Of a stretch of DNA of 64,000 nucleotides, positions 11,979 through 24,115 are shown in pieces. Below the pieces are notes generated by a model that was not told where the DNA came from, did no database searches, and was given only the letters and a program-made list of their open reading frames with translations. The translations under genes and the position numbers were made by a program. Every line of letters begins with the position of its first letter. Positions within the stretch are counted from its first letter, which is position 1. This DNA comes from Octopus bimaculoides (lineage: Eukaryota): positions 141,917,069-141,981,068 of the forward strand of contig NC_068982.1 in the NCBI RefSeq assembly GCF_001194135.2. The letters run 5' to 3'.

Positions 11979-12935
11979 NNNNNNNNNNNNNNNNNNNNNN
12001 NNNNNNNNNNNNNNNNNNNNNNNNNNNNNNNNNNNNNNNNNNNNNNNNNNNNNNNNNNNNNNNNNNNNNNNNNNNNNNNNNNNNNNNNNNNNNNNNNNNN
12101 NNNNNNNNNNNNNNNNNNNNNNNNNNNNNNNNNNNNNNNNNNNNNNNNNNNNNNNNNNNNNNNNNNNNNNNNNNNNNNNNNNNNNNNNNNNNNNNNNNNN
12201 NNNNNNNNNNNNNNNNNNNNNNNNNNNNNNNNNNNNNNNNNNNNNNNNNNNNNNNNNNNNNNNNNNNNNNNNNNNNNNNNNNNNNNNNNNNNNNNNNNNN
12301 NNNNNNNNNNNNNNNNNNNNNNNNNNNNNNNNNNNNNNNNNNNNNNNNNNNNNNNNNNNNNNNNNNNNNNNNNNNNNNNNNNNNNNNNNNNNNNNNNNNN
12401 NNNNNNNNNNNNNNNNNNNNNNNNNNNNNNNNNNNNNNNNNNNNNNNNNNNNNNNNNNNNNNNNNNNNNNNNNNNNNNNNNNNNNNNNNNNNNNNNNNNN
12501 NNNNNNNNNNNNNNNNNNNNNNNNNNNNNNNNNNNNNNNNNNNNNNNNNNNNNNNNNNNNNNNNNNNNNNNNNNNNNNNNNNNNNNNNNNNNNNNNNNNN
12601 NNNNNNNNNNNNNNNNNNNNNNNNNNNNNNNNNNNNNNNNNNNNNNNNNNNNNNNNNNNNNNNNNNNNNNNNNNNNNNNNNNNNNNNNNNNNNNNNNNNN
12701 NNNNNNNNNNNNNNNNNNNNNNNNNNNNNNNNNNNNNNNNNNNNNNNNNNNNNNNNNNNNNNNNNNNNNNNNNNNNNNNNNNNNNNNNNNNNNNNNNNNN
12801 NNNNNNNNNNNNNNNNNNNNNNNNNNNNNNNNNNNNNNNNNNNNNNNNNNNNNNNNNNNNNNNNNNNNNNNNNNNNNNNNNNNNNNNNNNNNNNNNNNNN
12901 NNNNNNNNNNNNNNNNNNNNNNNNNNNNNNNNNNN
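11979..12935. other. Assembly gap (others at 4514-4688, 32179-32486, 33824-34326, 40010-40609, 43156-43473, 49480-50375, 50881-51176)
   Basis: N runs; each is bordered on at least one side by (TA)n, (CA)n/(GT)n or (CT)n. Confidence 1.
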
Positions 12936-14730
12936 ATATGCACACTAAATATTATTTCATGTGTAGGAATTGAAATTGTTTTCATTTATGCAATGCAATA
13001 TATTACGTGATTAGTTTATTTCACTTTTCTCCAGTGTTCAAATTGAATGATTACTGTCTCTCGACTCTATCTGATATTTAATACATAACCACCCCCACCA
13101 AGACCAAGAACTCACTGATTCCTGAACCCTTTCATTAAATATTTACAAGCACGACAAAACATTCTGAATTAATCATGATAATTCCAGGATCATATTTATT
13201 CGAAATATCATTTTTGTTTTAAGAATGCAAAGCATGAATATTATTTTTGCATATTGACCATCTATATGTTACAATTTTATGAGGATGCTTGTTAAGTCAT
13301 TACCCAGCAATTTCTTTCTATTTCTCTCTCATTTGTCTTATTTCTCAAACATTTACTCATTGGATTAGGCGATTAGCACGTACTGGAATTCAGAAGTGTT
13401 CGATATGTTGTTTTCTCAAACTCCTGATTCATATTGAATGTAGATTCAATAGGCGTAGCATAACACATTCCTGATGCATGGATCTCTTGCGCTGTAATAC
13501 AATTCAGCCTTTATAATGTTCTCTGTTTAACTTTTTGAATTCAGTTTCAAGTCATTCTCAGCATTTTATATGGCGATTACACATCAGTTATCCCCACCAC
13601 TTAAGTTATGAATTAAATATCAGCTGTTTACTGCCTAATAGCTTCCATTACACATAAATTAACCGCTAATTGGAGCTAGTGCATAAAAATGGGTTAACAT
13701 TAATAATCCTGTAATTTGCACAAACACGAATACGAAAATTCACTTTCATATTTTCCTCGTCTATATTCATCAGGGCAGTTGATCATGTATTTTTTATTAA
13801 AGCATTCCAATTTGCTTTCCAATTTCTAGGATCATTCATATACAAACAGTATCAGGAATACGGCATGATTATATTCAGTAATGAGTGTAGTTATTAAGTT
13901 ATGATGTACGGCATTAGAATTTGCTATGCTCTTTCTTTCTGCAGCACTCTATTTAACATTATATTAATTATGTATATAGAAAATTCATTACCGAAACAAT
14001 AATCATTGCGCTATTCTCCAAGGCATTATAATTCTCAGTTATTATTAAGCGATGGGTGAAACAGCTGGGAGAGGCAGGGAAACGTTGCTGGGTCACGTCT
14101 GGGTGTATTTATTTTAAAAGAGAGTTCAGTAAAACGTTCTACATAATAAACTGTCTCTATCGCGCATATCTGCTTAAGAAATTGTGCAGACGTCTTTAAG
14201 CGATTGTCGATGTATCGAAATAATGTAATTAATAGACAATAATGAGCTAAATTACATTTCAAAATATCTTCTTTTAAGACATACTAGAGTATTCACACAA
14301 CAACGTATTGATATTTACACTATCTTTGAAAATTACCATTAAAATTTGACACACATTAGTGCCTACATTTTCGCTAAAACACTGTTTTGCAAAGCAGTAA
14401 AGTGATAGTTAAAGTAAATAGTTAACAATACATAGACAATTTTCAATTTTTTTAAATATATGGGTATGTTATTAGAGAAATTTGAGATATATTTTTCAGT
14501 ATGTCGAGCGAATGCATACATGGTAGACGCTAAATGTGGGTACCAAGCAAAGCAATAGTTCGTTCTCCTCCAAGTTGATAAGTTTTATACAGTACTCGTT
14601 TTCCCATGAAACTGGGTATTTGGTGCCTTTAACAGAGTTCATTCTGTTGGAGGCATTCTTCTCTGTCTGCAATCAGATGGAATAACAACAGTCTTTCTTC
14701 TTCACACCAGGCTACGAAGATTTTTCAAAC

Positions 14731-15680
14731 TTAAATGGATCTATTCCATCTCAATCACAGCTTGTTTAATTAATTTTTTAAACTAAACAGTTTGGAACTT
14801 CGAATACTGATAGAATCTCTCACGTAGAACACGGTTTACTCTGAACGTTTTTGACCAAATTTCGTATTTTAGAATTTATTTCGTGTTAAAGTTGTTGTAT
14901 TTGGGTAATTTCAACCAATCAACGACGTGCATTCGGTTGAAGAAAGCTACTGCTGTTTGCGATAATAAGCGAAAGAGAAACAACTTCCGGATTATCTCTA
15001 ATAAATGCCACCACGAATCTGCAGTTAGCATTTTTCATGTTGACGTACATGTAGTTTCAAGATATCTTATTTTACAACTATGAGATGTTTTGTTATTGTC
15101 ATAATTTTATCTTACTCTAATCGACTACAAGCACATTTCGTCAATATATTGTATATAAAAAAAAATGACATTATCAAAATATGAAGGTAAAACAAAACAA
15201 ATAGCAGCTTATACACTGGAAAATACGGTAATAGTAGTGCCAGTGAAAAGTTCGCTCGCTGGTTGCTAGTTGATAGTGTAGAAGGGAGGGAAAGAGTGAG
15301 GAATGCACGGCGATGACTAGAAAGGAAAGATGAAGGTGACATCGTCTTCGCACAACATACGAATGGAACAGAGTGGTGACATTTAGTTGAGATGACCCTG
15401 AAGTTTATTTTCTACGATTACTATCGCAAACAGCAGTAGCTTTCTTCAACCGAATACACGTCGTTCATTAGTTGAAATTACCCAAATACGACAACTTTAA
15501 CACGAAATAACTTCTATAATACAAAATTTGGTCAAAAATATTCTGAGTGAACCGTGTTCTACGTGAGAAATTCTACCAGTATTCGAATTTTCAAACTGTT
15601 TAGTTAAAAAAGATTAATTTAATAATGTCTGATTGAGATGGAATAGATCACATAATTTGAGATGGAATAGATCCACTTAA
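14731..15680. mobile_element. Non-autonomous foldback/MITE element with about 230-bp imperfect TIRs and TTAA flanks (Kolobok-like)
   Basis: 14735-14964 is the reverse complement of 15422-15676 (e.g. gaagaaagctactgctgtttgcgata / tatcgcaaacagcagtagctttcttc; ggatctattccatctcaa / ttgagatggaatagatcc); TTAA at 14731-14734 and 15677-15680. Confidence 0.8.
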
Positions 15681-15879
15681 ATTATGTGATTTTTGTTGTT
15701 TTGCCTACAATTTAAACAAAAGTGTCTGGGATCAAATTATTGTTGCTTCGATTCAGACATTATCCTCATATCAACCTATGTTTGATTCTCTCCCATCAAG
15801 GTGGAACATTTTGTTTTTGCTGTCGTCAGCCGTAATAATGTTTCTTATCAATTTCTTGTTTCAATATCAGTGTTGATAT

Positions 15880-16088
15880 AAGGCGGCGAACTGGCAGAAA
15901 CGTTAGCACGCCGGACGAAACGGAATTTCGGCTGTCTTTATGTTCTGAATTCAAATTCCGCCGAGGTCAACTTTGCCTTTCATCCTTTCGGGCTTGATAA
16001 ATTAAGTACCAGTTGCGTACTGGAGTTGATCTAATCGACTGCCTCCCTCCGCAAAAATTTCAGGCCTTCTGGCTAGAGTAGAAAAAGA
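15880..16088 (+). mobile_element. SINE family 1 copy (tail B)
   Basis: AAGGCGGCGAACTGGCAGAAACGTTAGCACG head, B-box, core gtcaactttgcctttcatcctttcggg, tail ctagagtagaaaa. Confidence 0.9.
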
Positions 16089-16089
16089 T

Positions 16090-16285
16090 CGTTAAGACTC
16101 CGGACAAAATATTTAGCGCCATTTTGCCTGTCTTTACATTCTGAGTTCAAATTTGGTCGAAGTCAACTTTGCCTTTTACCCTTTGGGGTCGATAAAATAA
16201 GTACCACTTGAGGACCGGAGTTAATGTAGCCGACTTACACTTCCCCGATGTTACTGGCCTTATGCCAAAATTTGAAACCAATATT
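16090..16285 (+). mobile_element. SINE family 1 copy (tail C), tandem to previous
   Basis: gagttcaaattt, ggggtcgataaaataagtacca, tggccttatgccaaaatttgaaacc. Confidence 0.85.
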
Positions 16286-17171
16286 AGTATACTATTAAAC
16301 TTTGGTTGCCAGAATACATATAATATGGTTTGAAAGGATGGAATGTGTGCCTTAATGTTCACAAAATGAATTCTGCGAAGTAGGGACATTTATCGATTTC
16401 TTAAATTGTTTTTACAATTTGTGCACCTCTGTAACTACTTCAACACAGCCACGGATTATTTTCAATACACTCATTATTATATATGATGATTTATTTCATG
16501 GACAATAACTTTGATATAAGCAGGCGTATGTCACTTTTGAGGTCGGTGATACCGTGATCTTATATCGATTGTATTTCTGGCAAAATATGTTGATAATTAC
16601 CAGGCTATGGCCTTCAAACGTTTGATGAAGCATGAATCTATTTAGATTTCCCCGTATACATCCTTTGTGACTAATATATTTGCCCATAAAATATGATCCC
16701 TGAGAGTTCATGATTCATTGTGAACATTTGCAATACACAAGTTGCTGGTAATGAGGTTTCACAATCTCCGCATTACACTAGCCGCGCGTAAGCTCATGCA
16801 ATATAGGCACAAGAAAGTTTATTTATGCTTCTTTTATAGAATAAATGCTAAATAAACTGAAATAAAGTAAAGCATTTTATTGTCACAAATTATGAGATAA
16901 AACACTCACATAATACGTGTTTTATACATATACATATATGTATACCCCAAATGGAGAATGAGCACAGAAAAAAGCATGAAATGTGTGTCCGTGCGAGCGT
17001 ATGTGTGTGTGTGCGTGCGTGCGACCTTATATGTGTGTGCGTGCGACCGTGTGTGTGTGTGTGTGTGTGTGCGTGTGTGTGTTCGTGCGTGCGTGCGTGC
17101 GTGTGATTATGTCAGTAACGTAGTTTCCTGATTACCTTGATCGGCACTTAGATCGAACGATCACTACGCTT

Positions 17172-17605
17172 AAGGTGGTGAGCGGACAGAATCGCCAGCA
17201 AGCCGGGCAAACTGCTCAGCACTATTTCGTCTGTCTTTATACTCTGATTTCAAATCCCGCCGAGAACGACATTGTCTTTCATTCTTTCGGGGTCAATAAA
17301 ATAAGTACCAGTTTGACACCGGAGTCGATGTAATTGATTTACCTTCTCCTTCTAAACTGCTGACCTTGAGCTAAAATTGAAACCAATTTATATAAAACTT
17401 AAGGCTATGAGGTGGCAGAACCGTCAGCATGTCAGAAAAAGTAGCGCATTTCGTCTGGCTTTTCGTTCTGAGTTCAAGTTCCGACTTTGCCAATCATCCT
17501 ATCGAGATTGATAAAGTAAGTACCAGTTGAGAATTGGGGTCGAGGCAATCCATTTAGCTCTCCCCCGAGTTTGCTGGCTTTCCGCCTAATTTTAAAGCCA
17601 ATAAC
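17172..17605 (+). mobile_element. Two tandem SINE family 1 copies (17172-17390, 17400-17605)
   Basis: Each has head, B-box-like motif, core (ctttcattctttcggggtcaataaaataagtaccag) and a tail C remnant. Confidence 0.8.
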
Positions 17606-18226
17606 ACCATTCAGTATCTTGAATTACAGTCTTCAAGAAGTAATACTACAAGATACTCCGGTATATATTGTGTAGTCTAATGTGTAAACCATGAACTTGG
17701 CGTGCGCCAGAAGAAAATGGAAATGTATAACATATAATACAAATCATGAACGAACAATATCTAAGGAACTCACAAGAAAGGGACAGAAAAGAGCAGAAAG
17801 GGAAAAAGAGATGAGCAAATATTACTATATATATTCAACAATGGCGATGATTTAAATGTAGGTGGCAATCAAGACAAATTTTTTTGAAAATCATGTAAGA
17901 TGAAATTGGTCGATAAAAACGATTCGAAACGTTCAAATTTATAGTATGCACGTTGAGGGAAAACCATATAAAATAGATGAATAAAAGCAACGTATTTGGC
18001 TTGCTACTTAACTGGAATTGGAGCAGTTCAGCACAGGATGTGAATGATATTCGAAGCCATCTTTAATATGGCAAATTCACGAAATGGTTATATCAGAGCA
18101 TGTTATAAAAATGTTCGTTAAAATATTTCAATAGAAAACTAAACACGTTTATCTGGTATCGCTGTCGTAGAAACTATTAAAGAAAAACATGGACTGAATT
18201 TAGAGAAATAAACTGTATATATCTTC

Positions 18227-18362
<136 letters not shown>

Positions 18363-18829
18363 TTTTTGAAGAAAATATGTTTGAAAAAGGAAGAAATAAA
18401 TCTAAGCTCTTAATCGAGAGAAAAACATGACAAGTTCGTTGAATAATATACTTACATTACAAATAATGCACTGAAGAAAACTATATATTTTTAAAATCTG
18501 AAAGGAAATCTATTTTGCTTATGGCAGATGCATTTTGTACTGCAAATGTAATAGCACTGCAATAATTATAAATACGCTGTGAGAGTAATGTAATAGTAAA
18601 TTATAACAAGGTAACTAACGGAAATGAAAAATATCGAATGCTATTGCGAGGTTATAGTTGGCACTCAACAGAATTGGGTCAAGGCAATTATCGCATCCTA
18701 TAAGAGCGAGAACACGAGAGTTAGTATGGATATTTTCATGCACATCTCACAATAAATTTATCAAAATGTATTTGTTATTTTATGCAAGAGAAGTAGAAAC
18801 ATATTTTTTTGTGTTTTGCTGCAATATAC

Positions 18830-19042
18830 CGGTTTCACATTTTGGCAGAAGCCCAGCAATTTTGGGGATGGGGACTAAGTCGATTTCACCTACCACAGTT
18901 CTCATCTGGTAATTATGTAATCGACCATCGAAAGGATGAAAGGCAAAATCAACCTCGGCGGGATTTGAACTCACAACGTAAACTGATGAAATACCACAAA
19001 GCATTTCGCCTGGCGTGCTAACGTTTCTGCCAGCTCGCCGCC
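18830..19042 (-). mobile_element. SINE family 1 copy (tail C)
   Basis: Reverse-complement match; ends gtgctaacgtttctgccagctcgccgcc. Confidence 0.85.
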
Positions 19043-19061
19043 TGAAATATATTAAAACTTA

Positions 19062-19280
19062 AAGACGGCTAGCTGGCAGAAACATTTGCACGCTGGACGA
19101 AATGCTTAGCTATATTTTGTCTGTCTTTACGTTCTGAGTTCAAATTCCGCCGAGGTCCACCTTGTCTTTAATCCTTTCCGGGTCGATAAATTAAGTTCCA
19201 CTTGGGTACTGAGGTCGATCTAATGGACTGGCCCATTCCTCGAAAAAATTCGGACTTTGTGCCTAGAGTAGAAAAAAGTA
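19062..19280 (+). mobile_element. SINE family 1 copy (tail B), head-to-head with previous
   Basis: agctggcagaaac, gttctgagttcaaattccgccgaggtc, gtgcctagagtagaaaa. Confidence 0.85.
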
Positions 19281-19573
19281 TATTAAAACGTAATCAAAAC
19301 TAACGAATGATGTTTTACTGGCCACTATATTTTCGTACCAGCCGCCGTGTGCTCGGTTCCCGCACCGCTGGTTCTTTCCGTAAAATCGGCAAAACGGTAC
19401 ATGTAAAGAATTTATATAGAATTCTTTAGATTTACAAAAATGCAGTATTAACCCACACCTACATTACAACCACTAAGCTCTAAGCTCTGGCCATATGAAA
19501 CAACACACTTAGATGAAGGTGATTCCCACGAAATTTGGAAAACTTTTACTTCAGACATACATAATACAAGTGA

Positions 19574-19945
19574 AGGAGCAATGACCCAGTGGTTAGGGCA
19601 GCAGACTCGTGGTCGTAGGATCGCGGTTTTGATTTCCAGACCGGGCACTGTGAGTGTTCATGGAGCGAAAACACCTCAAGCTCCACGAGGCTCCGGCAGA
19701 GGGTGGTGGCGAACCCTGTTGCACTCGTTCTCTCAATCTCTCTTCCTCTTTTTGTTGTACCTGTATTTCAAAGGGCCACCCTTGTCACAAACTGTGTCAC
19801 GATGGATCTCCCAGAGAACTACGTTAAGGCTAGACATGTCTTTGGAGTGCTCAGCTCCTTGCATGTTAATTTCACGAGCAGATAGTTCCGTTGATCACAT
19901 CAACTGGAACCTTCGTCGTCGTACCCGACCGAGTGCCACGAAATA
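19574..19945 (+). mobile_element. SINE family 3 copy (tRNA-derived head)
   Basis: A-box-like TGACCCAGTGGTTAG and B-box-like GGTTTTGATTTCC; first about 170 bp match the reverse complement of 61120-61289. Confidence 0.75.
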
Positions 19946-20439
19946 ATACATACTTATACATACACACATACATTGCATTACATTTTATTCCTGAAATAAA
20001 TATTTGCTAAAATTTTTCCTTTTAAAGCCTTACTGGGATTTGATCTCATACCTAGCTGACTTTCTCTCGAGTGGACCACGATATTTGGAGTGATACGCCA
20101 GATTTTAAACTTATCACTTCTTTTTTTTTCCTGGTAATTTTCGATAACTACCCTCTTTTACAAAATAAGTAAATAATTATAAAACAAGTATAAGGATAGC
20201 TGAGTCCTTTAATGTGGAGCAATATTGTTCTAATTCAATCTCTTAAATACTGAGATATCACAGCACAAGCTCCTATCTTGTAAAAAAGGATGAAGTTGCA
20301 TTGTCTTCTTCACTCTTATGTTCATCATAATGGCATATTTTCCTTTATGATGCATCATTATACTGCAAAGCTATCACTTGGATGTTTCAACGAATTCATT
20401 TATTAGGAGACGATTTGGGATTACAAACATCACAAATAC

Positions 20440-20505
<66 letters not shown>
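20440..20505. repeat. (GT)n microsatellite
   Basis: Directly visible. Confidence 0.95.
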
Positions 20506-20507
<2 letters not shown>

Positions 20508-21778
20508 CGTCGTTATTATATACGAGTAAAAAATGTGAACGAGACAATAGAAAAAATATTTCTATAAGACGATACAATTGTTCACGTATTAGAGTAAAAA
20601 TTTTTGTCTTCATTTCAATACAGTATTCTTGAAATCCCTTTCTTGTTCGCTAAATTAACTACTATTATAAACCATATCTACGCATTTTAATTTGCCTATA
20701 AAGCAAGCGATCTTAAATAGACAAAAAGGAAGTAAGTTTTTATTTTCTACTTTGGCAGGAATTACAAAACCTATATGATGATCAGTACATTTTATGTTGG
20801 AGTACATCCAGCAAAGTAAATGCTTCATTCTCTTGTTTGCAAATAAATAACCTGCTATTTTACAGGAAACATATTAAGATCGTTTTTGATAGAAGAGAGG
20901 TTGCTTCGTTTTATTCTAAATACCAAAATATGTTGTTGTTGTTGTTGCTTTTTCTACTTTAGAATTTTCTAATTGACCTCGTCAATGCATCTATTGTACT
21001 ATGGCTCCGTTTATCTATAATGTTCTCTCATAATTTATTTTATTCATGTTTTACTTAGTATTACAGGGATTTTTGTTTTGTTTTCGTTCAAATTGATTTT
21101 TTTCATAGATATTACATTATTAATTTGTTCCTGATTTTTCTGTTTATCATCTGACATTATACAATTAACAATAGGTTATTTTGAAAGAATTAACGTAAAA
21201 ATTTATATCTCTATGGTAAGAATATTACATAAATGAATACATTATACGCAGTAAAGATTATATGCGTATAGCGTGTGCAGCCATTACCATAACACACACA
21301 CACACATACACATACACTCTCAACCCCACATACCCCTCAGACATGCACACACGCATATAGGCAGATAGAAAGATAGATAGAATTGATTTTATTCTATAAG
21401 CTTTCGTTGACTTTTCTATATTATACTCAACGCGTATGTATATTGATTATTTAAAATAGACAACACAAACCATTGAAAAGATAGAACCGTAGGGCTCTCG
21501 GTGTGAGAAAAGATTTCTGTTTCATTAAATTTAGATTAAGCATTATCTATATGATCTATTATAGAAAGCGTTCCAGTCATGAGTAACCCAACTCTATATG
21601 CAAGTGTTATGTTAAAATGTCCCCTTCCGTCCTTTTGTATGATGGTAAGAACATTTTGTGGGAGAGATTCCACTATCACTTCCTTCAAAACGTAGTGACA
21701 ATCCCCTTGATTGAAATATATTTTTTATTCTGAGGGATTAAAAATATCACCATTACTCCTTCACTTCTTAATTAGCTA

Positions 21779-21917
21779 CATTATTATTATTATTATTATT
21801 ATTACTATTATTATTATTATTATTATTATCGTTGTTGTTGTTGGTGGTGGTGGTGGTGTTGTTGTTGTTGTTGTTCTTCTTCTTCTTCTTCGTCTTCTTC
21901 TTCGTCTTCTTCTTCTT
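21779..21917. repeat. Compound trinucleotide microsatellite (ATT)-(GTT)-(GGT)-(GTT)-(CTT)
   Basis: Directly visible. Confidence 0.95.
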
Positions 21918-22135
21918 AATGCGGTGAGCTGGCAGAAACGTTAGCACGCCAGGCGAAATGCTTAGCGGGATTTCGTCTGTCTTTACCTTCTGAGTTCAGT
22001 TTCCGCCGAGATACATTTTGCCTTTCATCCTTTCGGGGATTGATAATGTAAGTACCAGTTGTATATTGGGTCGATCTCATCGACTGGTACTGTCCCCAAA
22101 AGTTTCGGGCCTTGTACTTAGAGTAGAAAAGATTG
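21918..22135 (+). mobile_element. SINE family 1 copy (tail B) ending in (ATT)n
   Basis: gagctggcagaaacgttagcacgccaggcgaaatgcttagc...cttagagtagaaaagatt. Confidence 0.9.
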
Positions 22136-23685
22136 TTATTATTATTATTATTATAATTTTTTTTTTTTGTCTTTGTACAGCTTCTGATACTGGAGATGTA
22201 CTACAGTGTCAGCTGTTCACCACCAGTGCACTAAGGTAACACCTCTTATTTTTCGAGCACCTTCTGGAGTATTCCAGCGGTTCCGAACAGCGCTGTTTTC
22301 TGCAAGTACTCCACCCTTATTGCAGCCCCTATTTGTTCCATGTACTTCTCGAGATTTTTGCTCACTGTTCCCAGGTCTCCGACAATTATGGGTACTGCTA
22401 CCTTTTTCAAAGACCGCAACTGCTTCACTTCACAAGCTAACATGTTATATCTCTCGACTTTTCTTTCTTCCTTATCGCATACCTTGTAGTCAGCTGGGCG
22501 TGCTATATCTATGGTCCAGCATAGTTTGTTTTCTTTCTCAATTAAGACTATGTCCAGCTTCCTATTCTCTATCTCTTGGTCGCAATGAATCATAAAATCC
22601 CATAGGTTCTTTGCATTTCTATTTTCGACGATGGCTTCGAGTTTGTGGTCGTACCAATCTTTTGCTCCCTCATGTCCATACTTGTTGCAGAGTGTCCAAT
22701 GGACAACCTTGGCGCTATATTGTCGCGGCATCTCTTATATTCCTCGTGGGCTTGTGGCGTACATTGGCTGGTAATATGCCATTCGGTTTCACCATTTTCT
22801 CCACAGATTCTTCACTTATCACTTTCTGCTGTGTTGTCTATTCTGTATTTTATGTAGCTTGTTCTTAGTCCTTGTTTCTGGGCGGCACAGATTAGAGCCT
22901 CCGTTTCGGGTTTTAAATCACTTTTAGTCATCCACAGCCATCTTTTTTCTCTGTCTGTCTTATCTTGAACATCCCCATGAAATTAACCATGTATTCTTTT
23001 CTTTACCCACCAATTTTCAGTTTCATTCGTTTTCAATTCCTTGTAGAGTGCTTTATTTTTGCAATCTTTAATCCTACACAAACCTGAGCTTACTTCTAAT
23101 AATAACGGTTCTGTGGCATTTTTTACATACCATGCCATGTTGTTTTCTTCTGCTCTAATGCTGTGTTCGCATCCAAAAAGTCCTCTTCCCCCTCTTATTC
23201 TTAGTACATACAGTCTGTCTGTGTCACTTTTTGGGTGGAGTGACCCATATGTATTTGGCAACTTCCTTGTCTAAGCTGTTTAATTCGTCTACTGTCCATA
23301 CGGATACCCCTGCTCTATATACAAGGAGTGAAACCGCCCAGGTGTTGATAGATTCGATCTTATTCCGTCCGTTTAATTTCGACTTAAGGATCAGTCTCAG
23401 TCTGCGTAAGTACTCCACCTTAAATTATTCTGTCATTTCTTTCTTCATCAATTTATCCATTTTCAAAATCCCCAGTTACTTATAGCACGTCTCTTCTATC
23501 TGCTTGCTAACCTCCCCCGACGGTATCGTTAGCCCGTCCATACATTTGATTTTGCCTCTCTTCAAGACTAAGACACCACACTTTCTCAGTCCTAACTCCA
23601 TTCTGATATTAGCATTGAAGGTATACACCGTATCAACGAGGGAACTGACTTTGACTTCATCTTTACCATGAAGCTCTGTATGTAA
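22136..23685 (-). mobile_element. 5'-truncated R4/Dong-like non-LTR retrotransposon (RT C-terminus, CCHC knuckle, restriction-like endonuclease), decayed
   Basis: Minus-strand LGLRKCGVL..YK*LGIL (late RT), LHPKSDTDRLY..R..GGRGL, ETEALICAAQ, *RICGENGETEWHITSQC, LWDF..D..I..RKLDIV..IDIA.P.D..K.E.Y..L, PIIVGDLG, LQKTALFGTAGILQKVL; (TAA)n 3' tail. Confidence 0.9.
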
Positions 23686-23694
23686 CGTAGCCTA

Positions 23695-23820
23695 GGCCAC
23701 CTATCGTTTCGCCCGTTCACATTTGATAAAATAAATATGAACTGAGCATTGGGGTGGCTGTAATTGACTCTTTCTCTCCACACAAATTTCCAGCCATGTG
23801 CATATAGAGCAAAAACATTG
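23695..23820 (+). mobile_element. Degenerate 3' half of SINE family 1
   Basis: ttgataaaataaat..actgagcattggggt..gtaattgac..aaatttccagccatgtgcatatagagcaaaa resembles core plus tail B. Confidence 0.45.
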
Positions 23821-23837
23821 TGTTGTTGTTGTTGTCG

Positions 23838-23869
<32 letters not shown>

Positions 23870-23924
23870 CTTCTTCTTCTTCTTCTTCTTCTTCTTCTTC
23901 TTCTTCTTCTTCTTCTTCTTCTTC

Positions 23925-23974
<50 letters not shown>

Positions 23975-24068
23975 GAGTGAGAGATCAGTGAATGCCATCA
24001 AAGTGACACGGGGGTAAAATATAGAAGCCCTATTATTATTATTATTATTATTATCATTATTATTATTA

Positions 24069-24113
<45 letters not shown>
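23819..24113. repeat. Compound (GTT)/(CTT)/(ATT) microsatellite containing a 57-bp retroposon 3' end (23974-24030, minus)
   Basis: Repeat visible; 23974-24030 is the reverse complement of about 45510-45568. Confidence 0.9.

Positions 24114-24115
<2 letters not shown>

Noticed and set aside
11905-13010. Long ORFs (up to 365 aa) here and at 4266-4806, 31990-32689, 33668-34423, 39896-40689, 42909-43586 and 49356-51441
   Set aside because: They are open only because they run through N gaps and (TA)/(CA) repeats.
16520-16625. FEVGDTVIL peptide resembling a Gypsy integrase C-terminal motif
   Set aside because: Single short motif with no other pol sequence or LTR nearby.
19337-19372. GC-rich imperfect hairpin (ACCAGC...GCTGGT) as a possible Helitron 3' end
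   Set aside because: No CTRR terminus at the expected distance and no second copy in the window.
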